Virus record (IMG/VR): IMGVR_UViG_3300031784_000006
Strand: one strand, 5' to 3'
DNA length: 64,000 bases
DNA from: a virus
Lineage: Duplodnaviria; Caudoviricetes
Below, in pieces: positions 43,507 through 52,689 of the stretch; the stretch's first letter is position 1, and each line of letters opens with the position of its first letter. Both the position numbers and the translations under genes were made by a program. The notes under the pieces are model-generated. The model searched no databases and was not told the DNA's origin. It saw only the letters and a program-made list of their open reading frames with translations.

Positions 43507-46044
43507 TTACTTTGCAATTTTTTTGGCAAGTTTTGTAGCAGTAGCATACATTACTTCCTTACCACGACCAGGATATCTCTTTTCAAAATCAGATGCTTTA
43601 TCTTTCATAGACTTTACAATTCTTTCTTTTTCTTTAGTCTCTTTAGAAGATAAAGTTTTTTCGTCAATTTGGTTTCCTTCTAGTTCGTAAGAATTTTGAA
43701 GACCCATCATCCTTCTTAATTCAGGTGGTTGATTTCTATAATTACTTCTTTCATCATATTTGTTTGCAATATTTGCTACACCACTTAAAGGAGTTCCCTT
43801 AAATGCTTTAGCCATAGCTGCAGATGCAGTTTGGGGTTTGGGTGCAACTGGTTTTGCTGGAGTTGTAGATGCAACAGTTGGTTTTGATTTTGGAATGCTA
43901 ATATGCCTATTTGCTAATGGACCAGAACCCATTTTTTCCAAAGTACTTGGCGCACTTGCGCTGCGATTATATCTATCTACAGAAGATTGGGAATAAGTCT
44001 TACTTAGTGGAAGTTCCTGTCTTGGACCAACATTCATTCCTAAAAATTTGTTCTGAAAACCAAGGGACATTCCTTTGGGTGCCATCACTCTACCAGTTCC
44101 TGGTAATGAGAGTTCTTCAAGATTTTCACCATCTACCTCATAAGATTGCTTGAGAAGTCCACCAATAGTTCCTTTTGCCTTATCATACATTTGTCCTCCT
44201 TTTTGTCTACCAAGAAGTCCACCAACAGTTCCTCCACCAGGAATACCAGTTTTTTGTCCTTGGTTTCTACCAATAGTACCACCAACAGTCTGTGCTGTGC
44301 CTCTCGCTAATTTGTCAAGTGAAGTAAGAGGATTTTCGCTCAGTTCTTTACCTCTTGGTTCATAAGAATTTGCAAGTGGGAGACTAATTCCAGAACCACC
44401 AAGTCTCTTTACAGCAGAACTTGCAGCACTTGATTCTGCACCTTTAGTTGCCTGTTGCAATTTAGTTGCTTTTTCAATTCTTTGCTGCTGTCTATGCCCT
44501 GCAGGACTAATATCAAAACTTTGTTCGCCAAAATGAATATTCTCACTGCGGACTGATGCAAGAAGGTCATCTAATTTAGACTTTCTTTTTCTCTTTGGAG
44601 TTGCTGCAGGAGTTTTTGCTTTAGGTGCTGCTGCTTTTTTAGTTTTTGCTTTTGGTTTTGCTGGAGTTGTTGCACTTCCTTCCCAAGGATCGGCGGGTTT
44701 TTCTGCTTTCTTTTTAGTTGCACTTGGTGCTTGATAAGAACCGCTACTTACTCTTTCTTTTTGACCTGCTCCAGCACCACGATATGTAGATGCGCTTCTT
44801 GTTTTAGTGTGTGCTGCACTTGGTTTTGCATCTCCACCCTCTGCTTTTCTGGCAACACTCAATGCACCTTTAGCAACCTTTCTTGCACCTCTAGCAACTG
44901 CTGCACCTGCTGCTTTTTTAGCACTACGAACTTTGCTAGAAAGTTTTTGTCTTGCAAGTCTACCGACCGCTGCAACTAAATTACCTCTTTTCTTTTGGCT
45001 GCTGGGAGTATCATGGCCGAAAGTTACTTTTGCTTCAGTAAGTGCAAATTCGATTGCCTCTTCAATCTCATCTTCATCATAACCTTCATCTAAAAGTTCG
45101 TCATATACACTTTCAACAACATAATCAACTTCATCAACTTCTACCATCTCAAGTAGAGTGCCACCAAGATTTTCAACCGCTTCTTTAATATCAGGATTAA
45201 TCTTAATAGTATTGTTTACTTTTTTTTCTGATATTTTATCTTCTTTTTTATCTTTAGCAACTTCACCAATTACTTCAGAAAGGTCTTGTCTCCAATTTGA
45301 ATACTCTTCCTTGGTTACTTTTTTCTTTTTACCACCTAGTTGGTCTTTTCCTAGAGCACCTGCAATAACATCACCTCTAGTTACTTTGTCGTATGGGGGA
45401 TAATTATTTGCCAAGTTTCCATCATTCGCTTCTTCTACTTTATTTTTTGCTTTATCTTTTAAAGCTTTTTTCATAGATTCTTTTTCATTCCCATCTTTAT
45501 CAAAATCCAAATAATCTGGTTTTGCTGCTTCTTTAATCCCCTTTTTTTCTCGCATTGCTTTTGCTTTTGCAAGTAACCTCTCTCTTGCAGCATCTCTCTC
45601 TTTCTTTGGAATGGTAGTTACTGCACCAAGTCTTTCTGCAGGTTTTCCTGGAACTGCAGACTCTCCCATTGCTTTTTGCTTACGGAGTTTCTTAGGATTC
45701 TTTGTCTTGTCTGCAGAGTAGTTATTATCATTATCATCATCGGGGTCTACAGCACTACGATGTCTTGTGCGTCTTTCTTCATCATCCATATTTGCACGAC
45801 TTCTCTTTGCTTCATCTGGAGAATATGTTCTTCCACTGTTATACCATTCTTTACCTTCGTGCCCTCTTGCTCTTGCCTCAGCACTTTTTTCTTTTCCAGC
45901 AAGACTTCTTCTACGCTTTTTGAATGTTGCTTTATCAAGAGGAGTTTCAACATTTCCAGGACGTACACCTTCTTCAACAGTAGCGACCTGCTCCAAATAA
46001 ACCTTGGAAATATCATTCAGAGGATTAGTAGACATCTTTATCAA
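43507..46044 (-). CDS. 845-aa basic modular hypothetical protein
   Basis: Long ORF; recurrent SYE..G...E junction motifs. Confidence 0.8.
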   Translation of the reverse strand: MIKMSTNPLNDISKVYLEQVATVEEGVRPGNVETPLDKATFKKRRRSLAGKEKSAEARARGHEGKEWYNSGRTYSPDEAKRSRANMDDEERRTRHRSAVDPDDDNDNNYSADKTKNPKKLRKQKAMGESAVPGKPAERLGAVTTIPKKERDAARERLLAKAKAMREKKGIKEAAKPDYLDFDKDGNEKESMKKALKDKAKNKVEEANDGNLANNYPPYDKVTRGDVIAGALGKDQLGGKKKKVTKEEYSNWRQDLSEVIGEVAKDKKEDKISEKKVNNTIKINPDIKEAVENLGGTLLEMVEVDEVDYVVESVYDELLDEGYDEDEIEEAIEFALTEAKVTFGHDTPSSQKKRGNLVAAVGRLARQKLSSKVRSAKKAAGAAVARGARKVAKGALSVARKAEGGDAKPSAAHTKTRSASTYRGAGAGQKERVSSGSYQAPSATKKKAEKPADPWEGSATTPAKPKAKTKKAAAPKAKTPAATPKRKRKSKLDDLLASVRSENIHFGEQSFDISPAGHRQQQRIEKATKLQQATKGAESSAASSAVKRLGGSGISLPLANSYEPRGKELSENPLTSLDKLARGTAQTVGGTIGRNQGQKTGIPGGGTVGGLLGRQKGGQMYDKAKGTIGGLLKQSYEVDGENLEELSLPGTGRVMAPKGMSLGFQNKFLGMNVGPRQELPLSKTYSQSSVDRYNRSASAPSTLEKMGSGPLANRHISIPKSKPTVASTTPAKPVAPKPQTASAAMAKAFKGTPLSGVANIANKYDERSNYRNQPPELRRMMGLQNSYELEGNQIDEKTLSSKETKEKERIVKSMKDKASDFEKRYPGRGKEVMYATATKLAKKIAK

Positions 46045-47330
46045 GCACGTACTTTTTGTTTCTTATACTTATTTATGAAATTCAAGAATGCTTTACCGCC
46101 TGGTTGGATATTTTCTTTCCCAAATTTAGAACCAGGTGTTTGTTCGAATGCATATTTAAGATATCCAGCAGTTCCAACAAGCGTATTTGGTTTTCCTGGA
46201 GTTCTATACATACGATCCATCTTAACTTCAGTATATTCCATTAAATCTTTGATCCAAGACTTAAACATATAACCTTCTTCGGTTACACAAATTAAATGAT
46301 TAGTTCCTCTACGCATCACTTCACCAATCAAACCAGTATTTAAATTCTGAACTTTATCGCCAAGATTGAATATTTTTCCTCTTATATAATTTTCTCGAAG
46401 ATTTTTCATATCATACTTTGGAGCAATCTGCCATAAAGCAAAACTTTCTTTCTTGACTTTTGATTTCTTTGCTCCCATTCCTTGGCGAACGGCATTAAAA
46501 AGTGATTGAGTTTCTGCATCATCAAGTGTCTTTGGAGTTCCTCTACGAAATGATTTAAAATCATCATCTACTACAGCCTTTCTCATCTTAGATGCAGACA
46601 TTCCTTCAACACCCTCAGCATCTGCATCTCTTACACCAGCGGAAACTACACGAATTAAGTCAAAGTTATAAAGGTCCCCATTATACTTTTGAGCAAGGTT
46701 TTCAAACTCAGCTTGACGGTCAGAACCAACAACAATATTGACATTAGTATATCCATCTTCATTTGCAGTCACTAGAACATTAAAAATGGTTTTCATTTCT
46801 TCATCATTAATAATGTTCTCTTCAAATTCGGGGAACATTTTTTTCATATAAGAAACCTTAGTATTAGGATCTAAAGGATTCTTTTTAGGGTCTTGAGACC
46901 TTGAAGGGTAAATCTTAATATCTCCACCAGTAGCAATTCTCTTTGCCGACTTGAGAAGTTTTTCGTGTCCTACTGTTGGTGGATTGAAGCGACCAAACAC
47001 AACGGTAAGTGGTGGCAGTTCTTCTGCAGGTTGCTCTTCTGGTGCTTGTCCTGGTGCTGCTTGAGGTTGTGGCGCAGGTGCTTGTCCTGCTTGAGTTGGT
47101 TGTGCAGTTGGAGCAGCACCAGCGGGTTGTCTTCCTGCTGCTGGTTGTTCTGCACCTTTTGGTTTTCTTCCATCAGTAAATTTTAACTTTCCCTTTTCAG
47201 TTCTTGCAACAAGTTTACCGGAGCGGTCAATCCATCCACCATGGCCGTCCCCAGAGTATCCAAGTTTCTTCGCTTGCATTGCTGCTTGCGATTCTTTTGC
47301 TTCAGTTAGAAAATTGAGAAAACTTTTCAT
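46041..47330 (-). CDS. cytidylyltransferase-like (HxGH nucleotidyltransferase) protein
   Basis: FGRFNPPTVGH; VVGSDR; MSASKMR. Confidence 0.85.
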   Translation of the reverse strand: MKSFLNFLTEAKESQAAMQAKKLGYSGDGHGGWIDRSGKLVARTEKGKLKFTDGRKPKGAEQPAAGRQPAGAAPTAQPTQAGQAPAPQPQAAPGQAPEEQPAEELPPLTVVFGRFNPPTVGHEKLLKSAKRIATGGDIKIYPSRSQDPKKNPLDPNTKVSYMKKMFPEFEENIINDEEMKTIFNVLVTANEDGYTNVNIVVGSDRQAEFENLAQKYNGDLYNFDLIRVVSAGVRDADAEGVEGMSASKMRKAVVDDDFKSFRRGTPKTLDDAETQSLFNAVRQGMGAKKSKVKKESFALWQIAPKYDMKNLRENYIRGKIFNLGDKVQNLNTGLIGEVMRRGTNHLICVTEEGYMFKSWIKDLMEYTEVKMDRMYRTPGKPNTLVGTAGYLKYAFEQTPGSKFGKENIQPGGKAFLNFINKYKKQKVRA

Positions 47331-47353
47331 ATTTCGTGTTGATATACTTATAT

Positions 47354-48490
47354 TTAGATTAAGAACATTCCTGCCTGTGCTTCCAGATAGTTTCTTGGAT
47401 AAAATCTATAGACTTTACTTCCGCCAGAAGTTCCGCTGGCAACTTCTAATTTATACCTTATCTGCATAACAAAATAATCTTTACCGCTTCTTTTCTTGCC
47501 ATTCTCGTCGGCAAGATATATTTCTATTTTAGGGTCTCCAGTTTTTTTAATTTCAACGGAATATCTATTTGAAACTAAAACATTTCTGAACTGCCTATCA
47601 GCAACTCTGGTTTTTACTTTTCCACTACCAGCAAACTTAACAAGTTCAGTTCTAACTCCCCTAGACAAACCATAGATGATATAATCGGCAAATTTTATTT
47701 TTACAGAATTTTGTCCTTCTGCATTCAAACCTTCCTGCAGAACTTTTGCTGCGTATTCATAAACTACTCTGGCACTTTTCTTTAGATTATCTCCACCACC
47801 AGTAGATTGTGCCTGCTCTCTACTTGAATATTTTTTAGTATAAACTTCAACATCAAAAAAGTCACTTAAACTCTTCTCATATGCACCTGAAACTGGAGAT
47901 ACATTTATTCCCATCTGACCGAATATATCTAAAAACTTGTCAAATCCCAATCCAGAAACTTGGTGGAACTGTTCTCCTCCAGTAACTTTTAGAGAGTAAT
48001 CAACATTTCTAAATTTTTTGTCTGGATTGGTTGGAGAGTTTACTTCAACCTTAACATCCGCCTTTGTTCCCTTCTGGTCTTCTGTTCCAGCAGCAGTTAC
48101 TTTAATAATATCTTGCCTTTCATTTATAGATAGTCCTCTCGCTTGTGCGTTAAGTCTTGAATGAGAGTTTGCAAAGTTTACTGCACCAGTTCTCAAGTCA
48201 GAAACTTTAGCCCAATTAGACCTATCCTGTAAGAAAGACAATGCTTTTTTGGGAATTGATACATTTACACTTACAGTATCAATTACCGCACTACCAACAT
48301 CGTTTACATTTTTAGTATATCCTTTTTTCATCATCTCAGTTAAAACACCATCCACATCATTGGATGATATCTTGGGGAGTACTTTTGCACTTTTTGTTTT
48401 TGCTCTTTTAACAAATCTTGCAGCAACAGCTGCAGCAAAAAATGCTTCAAACAAATCCCCTCTATTGGCGTCTATTTTTTCTGCTGCCAT
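47354..48490 (-). CDS. putative PD-(D/E)xK restriction-endonuclease-fold protein
   Basis: GDLFE helix; KADV...YSLK pattern. Confidence 0.45.
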   Translation of the reverse strand: MAAEKIDANRGDLFEAFFAAAVAARFVKRAKTKSAKVLPKISSNDVDGVLTEMMKKGYTKNVNDVGSAVIDTVSVNVSIPKKALSFLQDRSNWAKVSDLRTGAVNFANSHSRLNAQARGLSINERQDIIKVTAAGTEDQKGTKADVKVEVNSPTNPDKKFRNVDYSLKVTGGEQFHQVSGLGFDKFLDIFGQMGINVSPVSGAYEKSLSDFFDVEVYTKKYSSREQAQSTGGGDNLKKSARVVYEYAAKVLQEGLNAEGQNSVKIKFADYIIYGLSRGVRTELVKFAGSGKVKTRVADRQFRNVLVSNRYSVEIKKTGDPKIEIYLADENGKKRSGKDYFVMQIRYKLEVASGTSGGSKVYRFYPRNYLEAQAGMFLI

Positions 48491-48517
48491 TATAATACTT
48501 TTTACAAGTATTTAGAA

Positions 48518-48590
48518 TGGAGATAAGGAGACTCGAACTCCTGACATCAGCCTTGCAAAGACCGCGCTCTACCAACTGAGCTATATCCCC
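48518..48590 (-). tRNA. tRNA-Ala(UGC)
   Basis: Loop TTTGCAA; G3-U70. Confidence 0.92.
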
Positions 48591-48660
48591 GAATATAAAG
48601 ATTATAAAACCCACTCAACTAAAAGTCAAGTGGGTTAGAGCAACCTTCCGTGGTTATTTA

Positions 48661-49680
48661 TCAGTCGTGCTCACCCATTGCTTTTTGCTTACGCAGTTTC
48701 TTAGGATTCTTAGTTACAGTACCAGAACCAGGTTTGTGTCCACCAGAAGTATACTCAACAGCACTATCTCTTGCATAATCTCTACTATCTTGGTCAAGTT
48801 TACCCCTACCAGATTTACCTAACATCCCAGAGTATCTTGGTTTAGTAGATTTCTTACCACGATTTCCTACATCAGGACCATTATCAATCCTACGAGTGTG
48901 CTTTTCAATTTCTTTTACTTTCTTAGTCTTTTCACCTTTCTGTGAATACTCACTTGCTGGTTTCTCACGTCTTGCGATAGCAAGTTTACCCATTGCTTGT
49001 CTTGCTTTAGGTGTCTGTCCGTATGAACCTTCTGCTTCAAGGATTGCATCGATGTCTTCAGCATCCAATTCATTTGCCATAATCCACTCTGCTTCTTCCA
49101 GAGTTTCTGCGTATCCTTCTACTTGGAGGAACTCAAGGACAATATCAAAGATATCAAAATCTTCTTCGAGTTGATTTCCTTGTGGTTCGTATGACATAGT
49201 TAATCCGCCCTTTAGAGTTGCTTTAAGGGGAGTTCCAGAACCACCATGAGAAAATTCTCTACTTCTAGGTTGTGGTTTTATTGCAGCAGAACCTGCTGAT
49301 GATTTTGCTGCTGGTTTAGCTCCATGGGTCAATTCAGAACCTCTCATGCCAGCAGCATTTTGCGCTGACCTCTGCGATGCCATTGCCGATTTAATTCTAC
49401 CGAGAGTTGGTTCTTCGTCAATCTTCCCAACCTCTTCATGCGTCATACCAACAACTGAAGGTCTTGTTTTTTTAGTAACCTTATCGTAGAACTTAATATC
49501 TCTTTCCATTTTATCAGCATTTGCTTTTCCTGCTGATGGAGAAAGACGCTTATCTCCACGCTTTCTTTCGCGAGACGCTTCTCTTCTTTCTCCAGTATCT
49601 TGTCCCTTTACTGCTTCATCAACAGATACATGAACCTGCTGATAAGCTTCAAATAAACCTCTAAGTTCTCTGGTATCCAT
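48661..49680 (-). CDS. modular hypothetical protein
   Basis: LFEAY start; EGYAETLEEAE module; shares TKNPKKLRKQKAMGE with the 845-aa ORF. Confidence 0.75.
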   Translation of the reverse strand: MDTRELRGLFEAYQQVHVSVDEAVKGQDTGERREASRERKRGDKRLSPSAGKANADKMERDIKFYDKVTKKTRPSVVGMTHEEVGKIDEEPTLGRIKSAMASQRSAQNAAGMRGSELTHGAKPAAKSSAGSAAIKPQPRSREFSHGGSGTPLKATLKGGLTMSYEPQGNQLEEDFDIFDIVLEFLQVEGYAETLEEAEWIMANELDAEDIDAILEAEGSYGQTPKARQAMGKLAIARREKPASEYSQKGEKTKKVKEIEKHTRRIDNGPDVGNRGKKSTKPRYSGMLGKSGRGKLDQDSRDYARDSAVEYTSGGHKPGSGTVTKNPKKLRKQKAMGEHD

Positions 49681-49727
49681 CTTTACAAATAGTTTTTTAT
49701 TTATTTATAAAAAAAGACCCCGAAGGG

Positions 49728-49913
49728 TCAAACACCAAGAACAGCGCCAATATTATCATCAAGGTCTCGAATGACTCCACGAATATCAGAAACCCGAGGA
49801 GGAACACTCATTTCATCATAAGTGTATCCTTTTTGTGCGTCAAACAGAACTTGACGAACTGCTGCTGCTGTACGAGCATCCATTTTAACTGTTACTTGTT
49901 TTTCTTTAGTCAC
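49728..49913 (-). CDS. hypothetical protein
   Basis: ORF track; coupled to mazG. Confidence 0.65.
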   Translation of the reverse strand: MTKEKQVTVKMDARTAAAVRQVLFDAQKGYTYDEMSVPPRVSDIRGVIRDLDDNIGAVLGV

Positions 49914-50314
49914 AGGTCTCCCTCCACACGATTTTCAGAACGTTCAATAGTAAAAGCACCTTCAGGATAACGAGCATTCAGTTTCTCAAAGTTCATCTGA
50001 ATAATTTCTTCAAGTGAAACATCAAGTCCAAGACACGCTTGAGCAACATACCACATAATGTCTCCAAGTTCACGCTTCAAATGGAAAAGATTTTCTTGAT
50101 TTACTGGTTTACCTTGAAAGATAATCTTCTTTACAATCTCAGTGAACTCACCAGCTTCAGCAGACATTCCTACAGCAGCAGTAAGAATTCGTTCAGTAGG
50201 AAACTCTTCTTGGCGAAGTTCCATTAGACGATCAATAAATGGTGTATGCTCTTTACTTTGTTTTGAGGTTGTTGTATTAACAAACTCAATATACTTATTA
50301 AGATCAATAGTCAT
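49910..50314 (-). CDS. mazG: MazG-like nucleotide pyrophosphohydrolase
   Basis: EAGEFTEIVKK; ELGDIMWY; KLNARYP. Confidence 0.9.
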   Translation of the reverse strand: MTIDLNKYIEFVNTTTSKQSKEHTPFIDRLMELRQEEFPTERILTAAVGMSAEAGEFTEIVKKIIFQGKPVNQENLFHLKRELGDIMWYVAQACLGLDVSLEEIIQMNFEKLNARYPEGAFTIERSENRVEGDL

Positions 50315-50315
50315 A

Positions 50316-51692
50316 TCAGAATTTAAATCCTTCGAATGATTTTTTAGGTTTCTTTTCTTCATAATCATACTCTTCATCCTTTCCATTGTCAAGGATATCT
50401 TGTTGAGCAGATTGTTCGCAATCATAAAGACGCATCTTAGCACGGTCAATACCAACAACAAAACGTTTATGAATGGTAGGATCATTATAACGATTCTTAA
50501 GTTGCTTGACTAGAATCTGACCAAGACCTTCCAAATCTTCTGTAGAAATCAATGCAAACATCAAGTCAGCAGTTGCAGGAAGACCGAAAGACTCTGAAGT
50601 ATCAGTTAGTTCAACATCAGAAGAACCATAACCACTACGAGTAGTTTGAGTAGCACTGACGATTGGAACATTAAACTCCACAGCAAGACCACGAAGTTCT
50701 TCTGCAATTGCTTTTACAAAGGTATAAGAGTTAATGTTACTATTCCCTTTATATCGGGAGGAAGCACAGATATTTAAGTAATCTACAAAAATAATATCGG
50801 GTTTAAATGATTTTTTAAGAGAAAGTTCATTTAATAAAGACTTAAAATGCCCAGAATGAGCAGATGCAGTCGGATACTCCTTAATAATTAAGGTCCCTTG
50901 TGTTTTCTTTGAAAGGTTGGTTACCTTGTTTTCAAACATCTGCTTTGACAAATTAGTGATGTCCTGAATAGGAACATTCAGGAGGTTTGCATCAATTCTT
51001 TCAGCAATGCGTTCTTCTGCCATTTCCAACGTAATGTACAGAACGTTCCGCCCTTGGAGCAAGACGGAGCTAGCCACATGGCACATGAATAGAGATTTGC
51101 CGACGCCCGTACCAGCAAGAGCGATGTTAAGAGTTTTGTTAGGGAGACCACCTTTCGTGATTTTGTTAAAGTATTCAAGATCAAATTCAATTTTATCCTC
51201 CTTTTTGTGATAAGACTCATATCTTTGTTCATAATCTTGCAGGTAATCATGACCTACGTGGTTATCAAAACTTACAGCAAGGGCATCAGAAAGAATAGAA
51301 GGGATACTATCGCGATTTTTGTTTTCATCATTACCATCAGCAATATGAATCGATTCCATCAGAGCAATATAAATTGCCCTATCCCTACACCATTTTTCAG
51401 TGGTATTGACTAACCATTGAAATTCAGTAGGTACACTTTCCAAACAAGAAATTAAATGAACAATCTCCTTAAAAGATTGCTCATTAATGTCTGTTCTTTT
51501 CTCCACCTCAATACAAAGAACTTCTTTGGTTGCTGGTTGATTGTATTCTTGAACGAAAGATAGTATTTCATCAAATACTATTCTTTGATTTTGATCTTCA
51601 AAATATTCAGATTTAATAAAGGGTATTACTTTTCTAATATATTCTTCATTATGTAACAGGTTTCTAAGAATTAGAAACTCAACCTTCTCCAT
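50316..51692 (-). CDS. gp41: replicative DNA helicase (T4 gp41)
   Basis: AGTGVGKS; ITLEMAEE; VDYLNI; SESFGLPATAD. Confidence 0.97.
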   Translation of the reverse strand: MEKVEFLILRNLLHNEEYIRKVIPFIKSEYFEDQNQRIVFDEILSFVQEYNQPATKEVLCIEVEKRTDINEQSFKEIVHLISCLESVPTEFQWLVNTTEKWCRDRAIYIALMESIHIADGNDENKNRDSIPSILSDALAVSFDNHVGHDYLQDYEQRYESYHKKEDKIEFDLEYFNKITKGGLPNKTLNIALAGTGVGKSLFMCHVASSVLLQGRNVLYITLEMAEERIAERIDANLLNVPIQDITNLSKQMFENKVTNLSKKTQGTLIIKEYPTASAHSGHFKSLLNELSLKKSFKPDIIFVDYLNICASSRYKGNSNINSYTFVKAIAEELRGLAVEFNVPIVSATQTTRSGYGSSDVELTDTSESFGLPATADLMFALISTEDLEGLGQILVKQLKNRYNDPTIHKRFVVGIDRAKMRLYDCEQSAQQDILDNGKDEEYDYEEKKPKKSFEGFKF

Positions 51693-52689
51693 AACTAAAT
51701 TCCTTACGTGCGATTTCGTCCAATTGTTGCATTACTTCTTCTGTGAAATATACCTCAGGTTCTTTTAGAATCTGCTTAGCATAAATCTTTTTACCATCAA
51801 TTTCATAACGACCTGCTACATTCTTCCAAAGTCCACCAATCTCACCGAGTTCAAGAAGACCATAGTAACGATCAAGACCACGTTCATCGTAATAAAGACG
51901 AATTTCAACATCTTTATTCTCTTTACTCAAACGCGATTTAGCAGTCTTAGCCTTGATAATATTTCCAACCACTTCCGTTCCATCCTTTTCTTTCTTTTTG
52001 CTGAGATAAATGATCGTACTTGCTGCGTATTTGAGTCCAGAACCTCCTCCCATTTCTTTAGTTGGTACGTAAGCTCCGATGACATCGTATGTGTGATTTG
52101 TGACAAGAAGTGGAACATTTGCTTGACCTAGTTTGAGTGTGAGCATTCGGAATGCACCTTTGACCAGTTGGGATTTGGTCATATCACGAACTTGTTTGTC
52201 GTTGAGTGCGTCAGTGATTTCTTTCTCAGTGGAAAGCATACCAAGAGAGTCTAGCACAAACATGCAGGGTTTGCGCTCTCCTTCAGGTTTTTTTAAGTAT
52301 AAGTCTACTGCCTTTAGTGCTTTACTACGAAACTCTTCGATAGTAACAACATTAACAACAACCAAACGAGAAGTATCAATTCCACGGGATTCTACAAGCG
52401 ATTTAGTAATAGCAGCCTCAGTATCAAAGTAGAGACAATAACCATCGGGGTTAGAATCAAGAAAATTCTTAACCACAGCGAGAGAAAAGAAAGTTTTTCC
52501 AGTAGAAGACTCTCCAGCAATAGCAGTAATCTTGTTCCCAGATACGCCGCCAAATATGCTACCTGAAACCAGTGCATTAAAAATGTACGAACCTGTGTCA
52601 ACATACTTTTCAGTTTCATCAATATCTGAGGCAAGTTGGGTGTACTCACCACCAATTTCTTTTACAATATCTTTAAGGAAGTCCATCAA
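51679..52689 (-). CDS. uvsX: RecA-like recombinase
   Basis: AGESSTGKT; FVLDSLG; MGGGSG. Confidence 0.96.
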   Translation of the reverse strand: MMDFLKDIVKEIGGEYTQLASDIDETEKYVDTGSYIFNALVSGSIFGGVSGNKITAIAGESSTGKTFFSLAVVKNFLDSNPDGYCLYFDTEAAITKSLVESRGIDTSRLVVVNVVTIEEFRSKALKAVDLYLKKPEGERKPCMFVLDSLGMLSTEKEITDALNDKQVRDMTKSQLVKGAFRMLTLKLGQANVPLLVTNHTYDVIGAYVPTKEMGGGSGLKYAASTIIYLSKKKEKDGTEVVGNIIKAKTAKSRLSKENKDVEIRLYYDERGLDRYYGLLELGEIGGLWKNVAGRYEIDGKKIYAKQILKEPEVYFTEEVMQQLDEIARKEFSYGEG

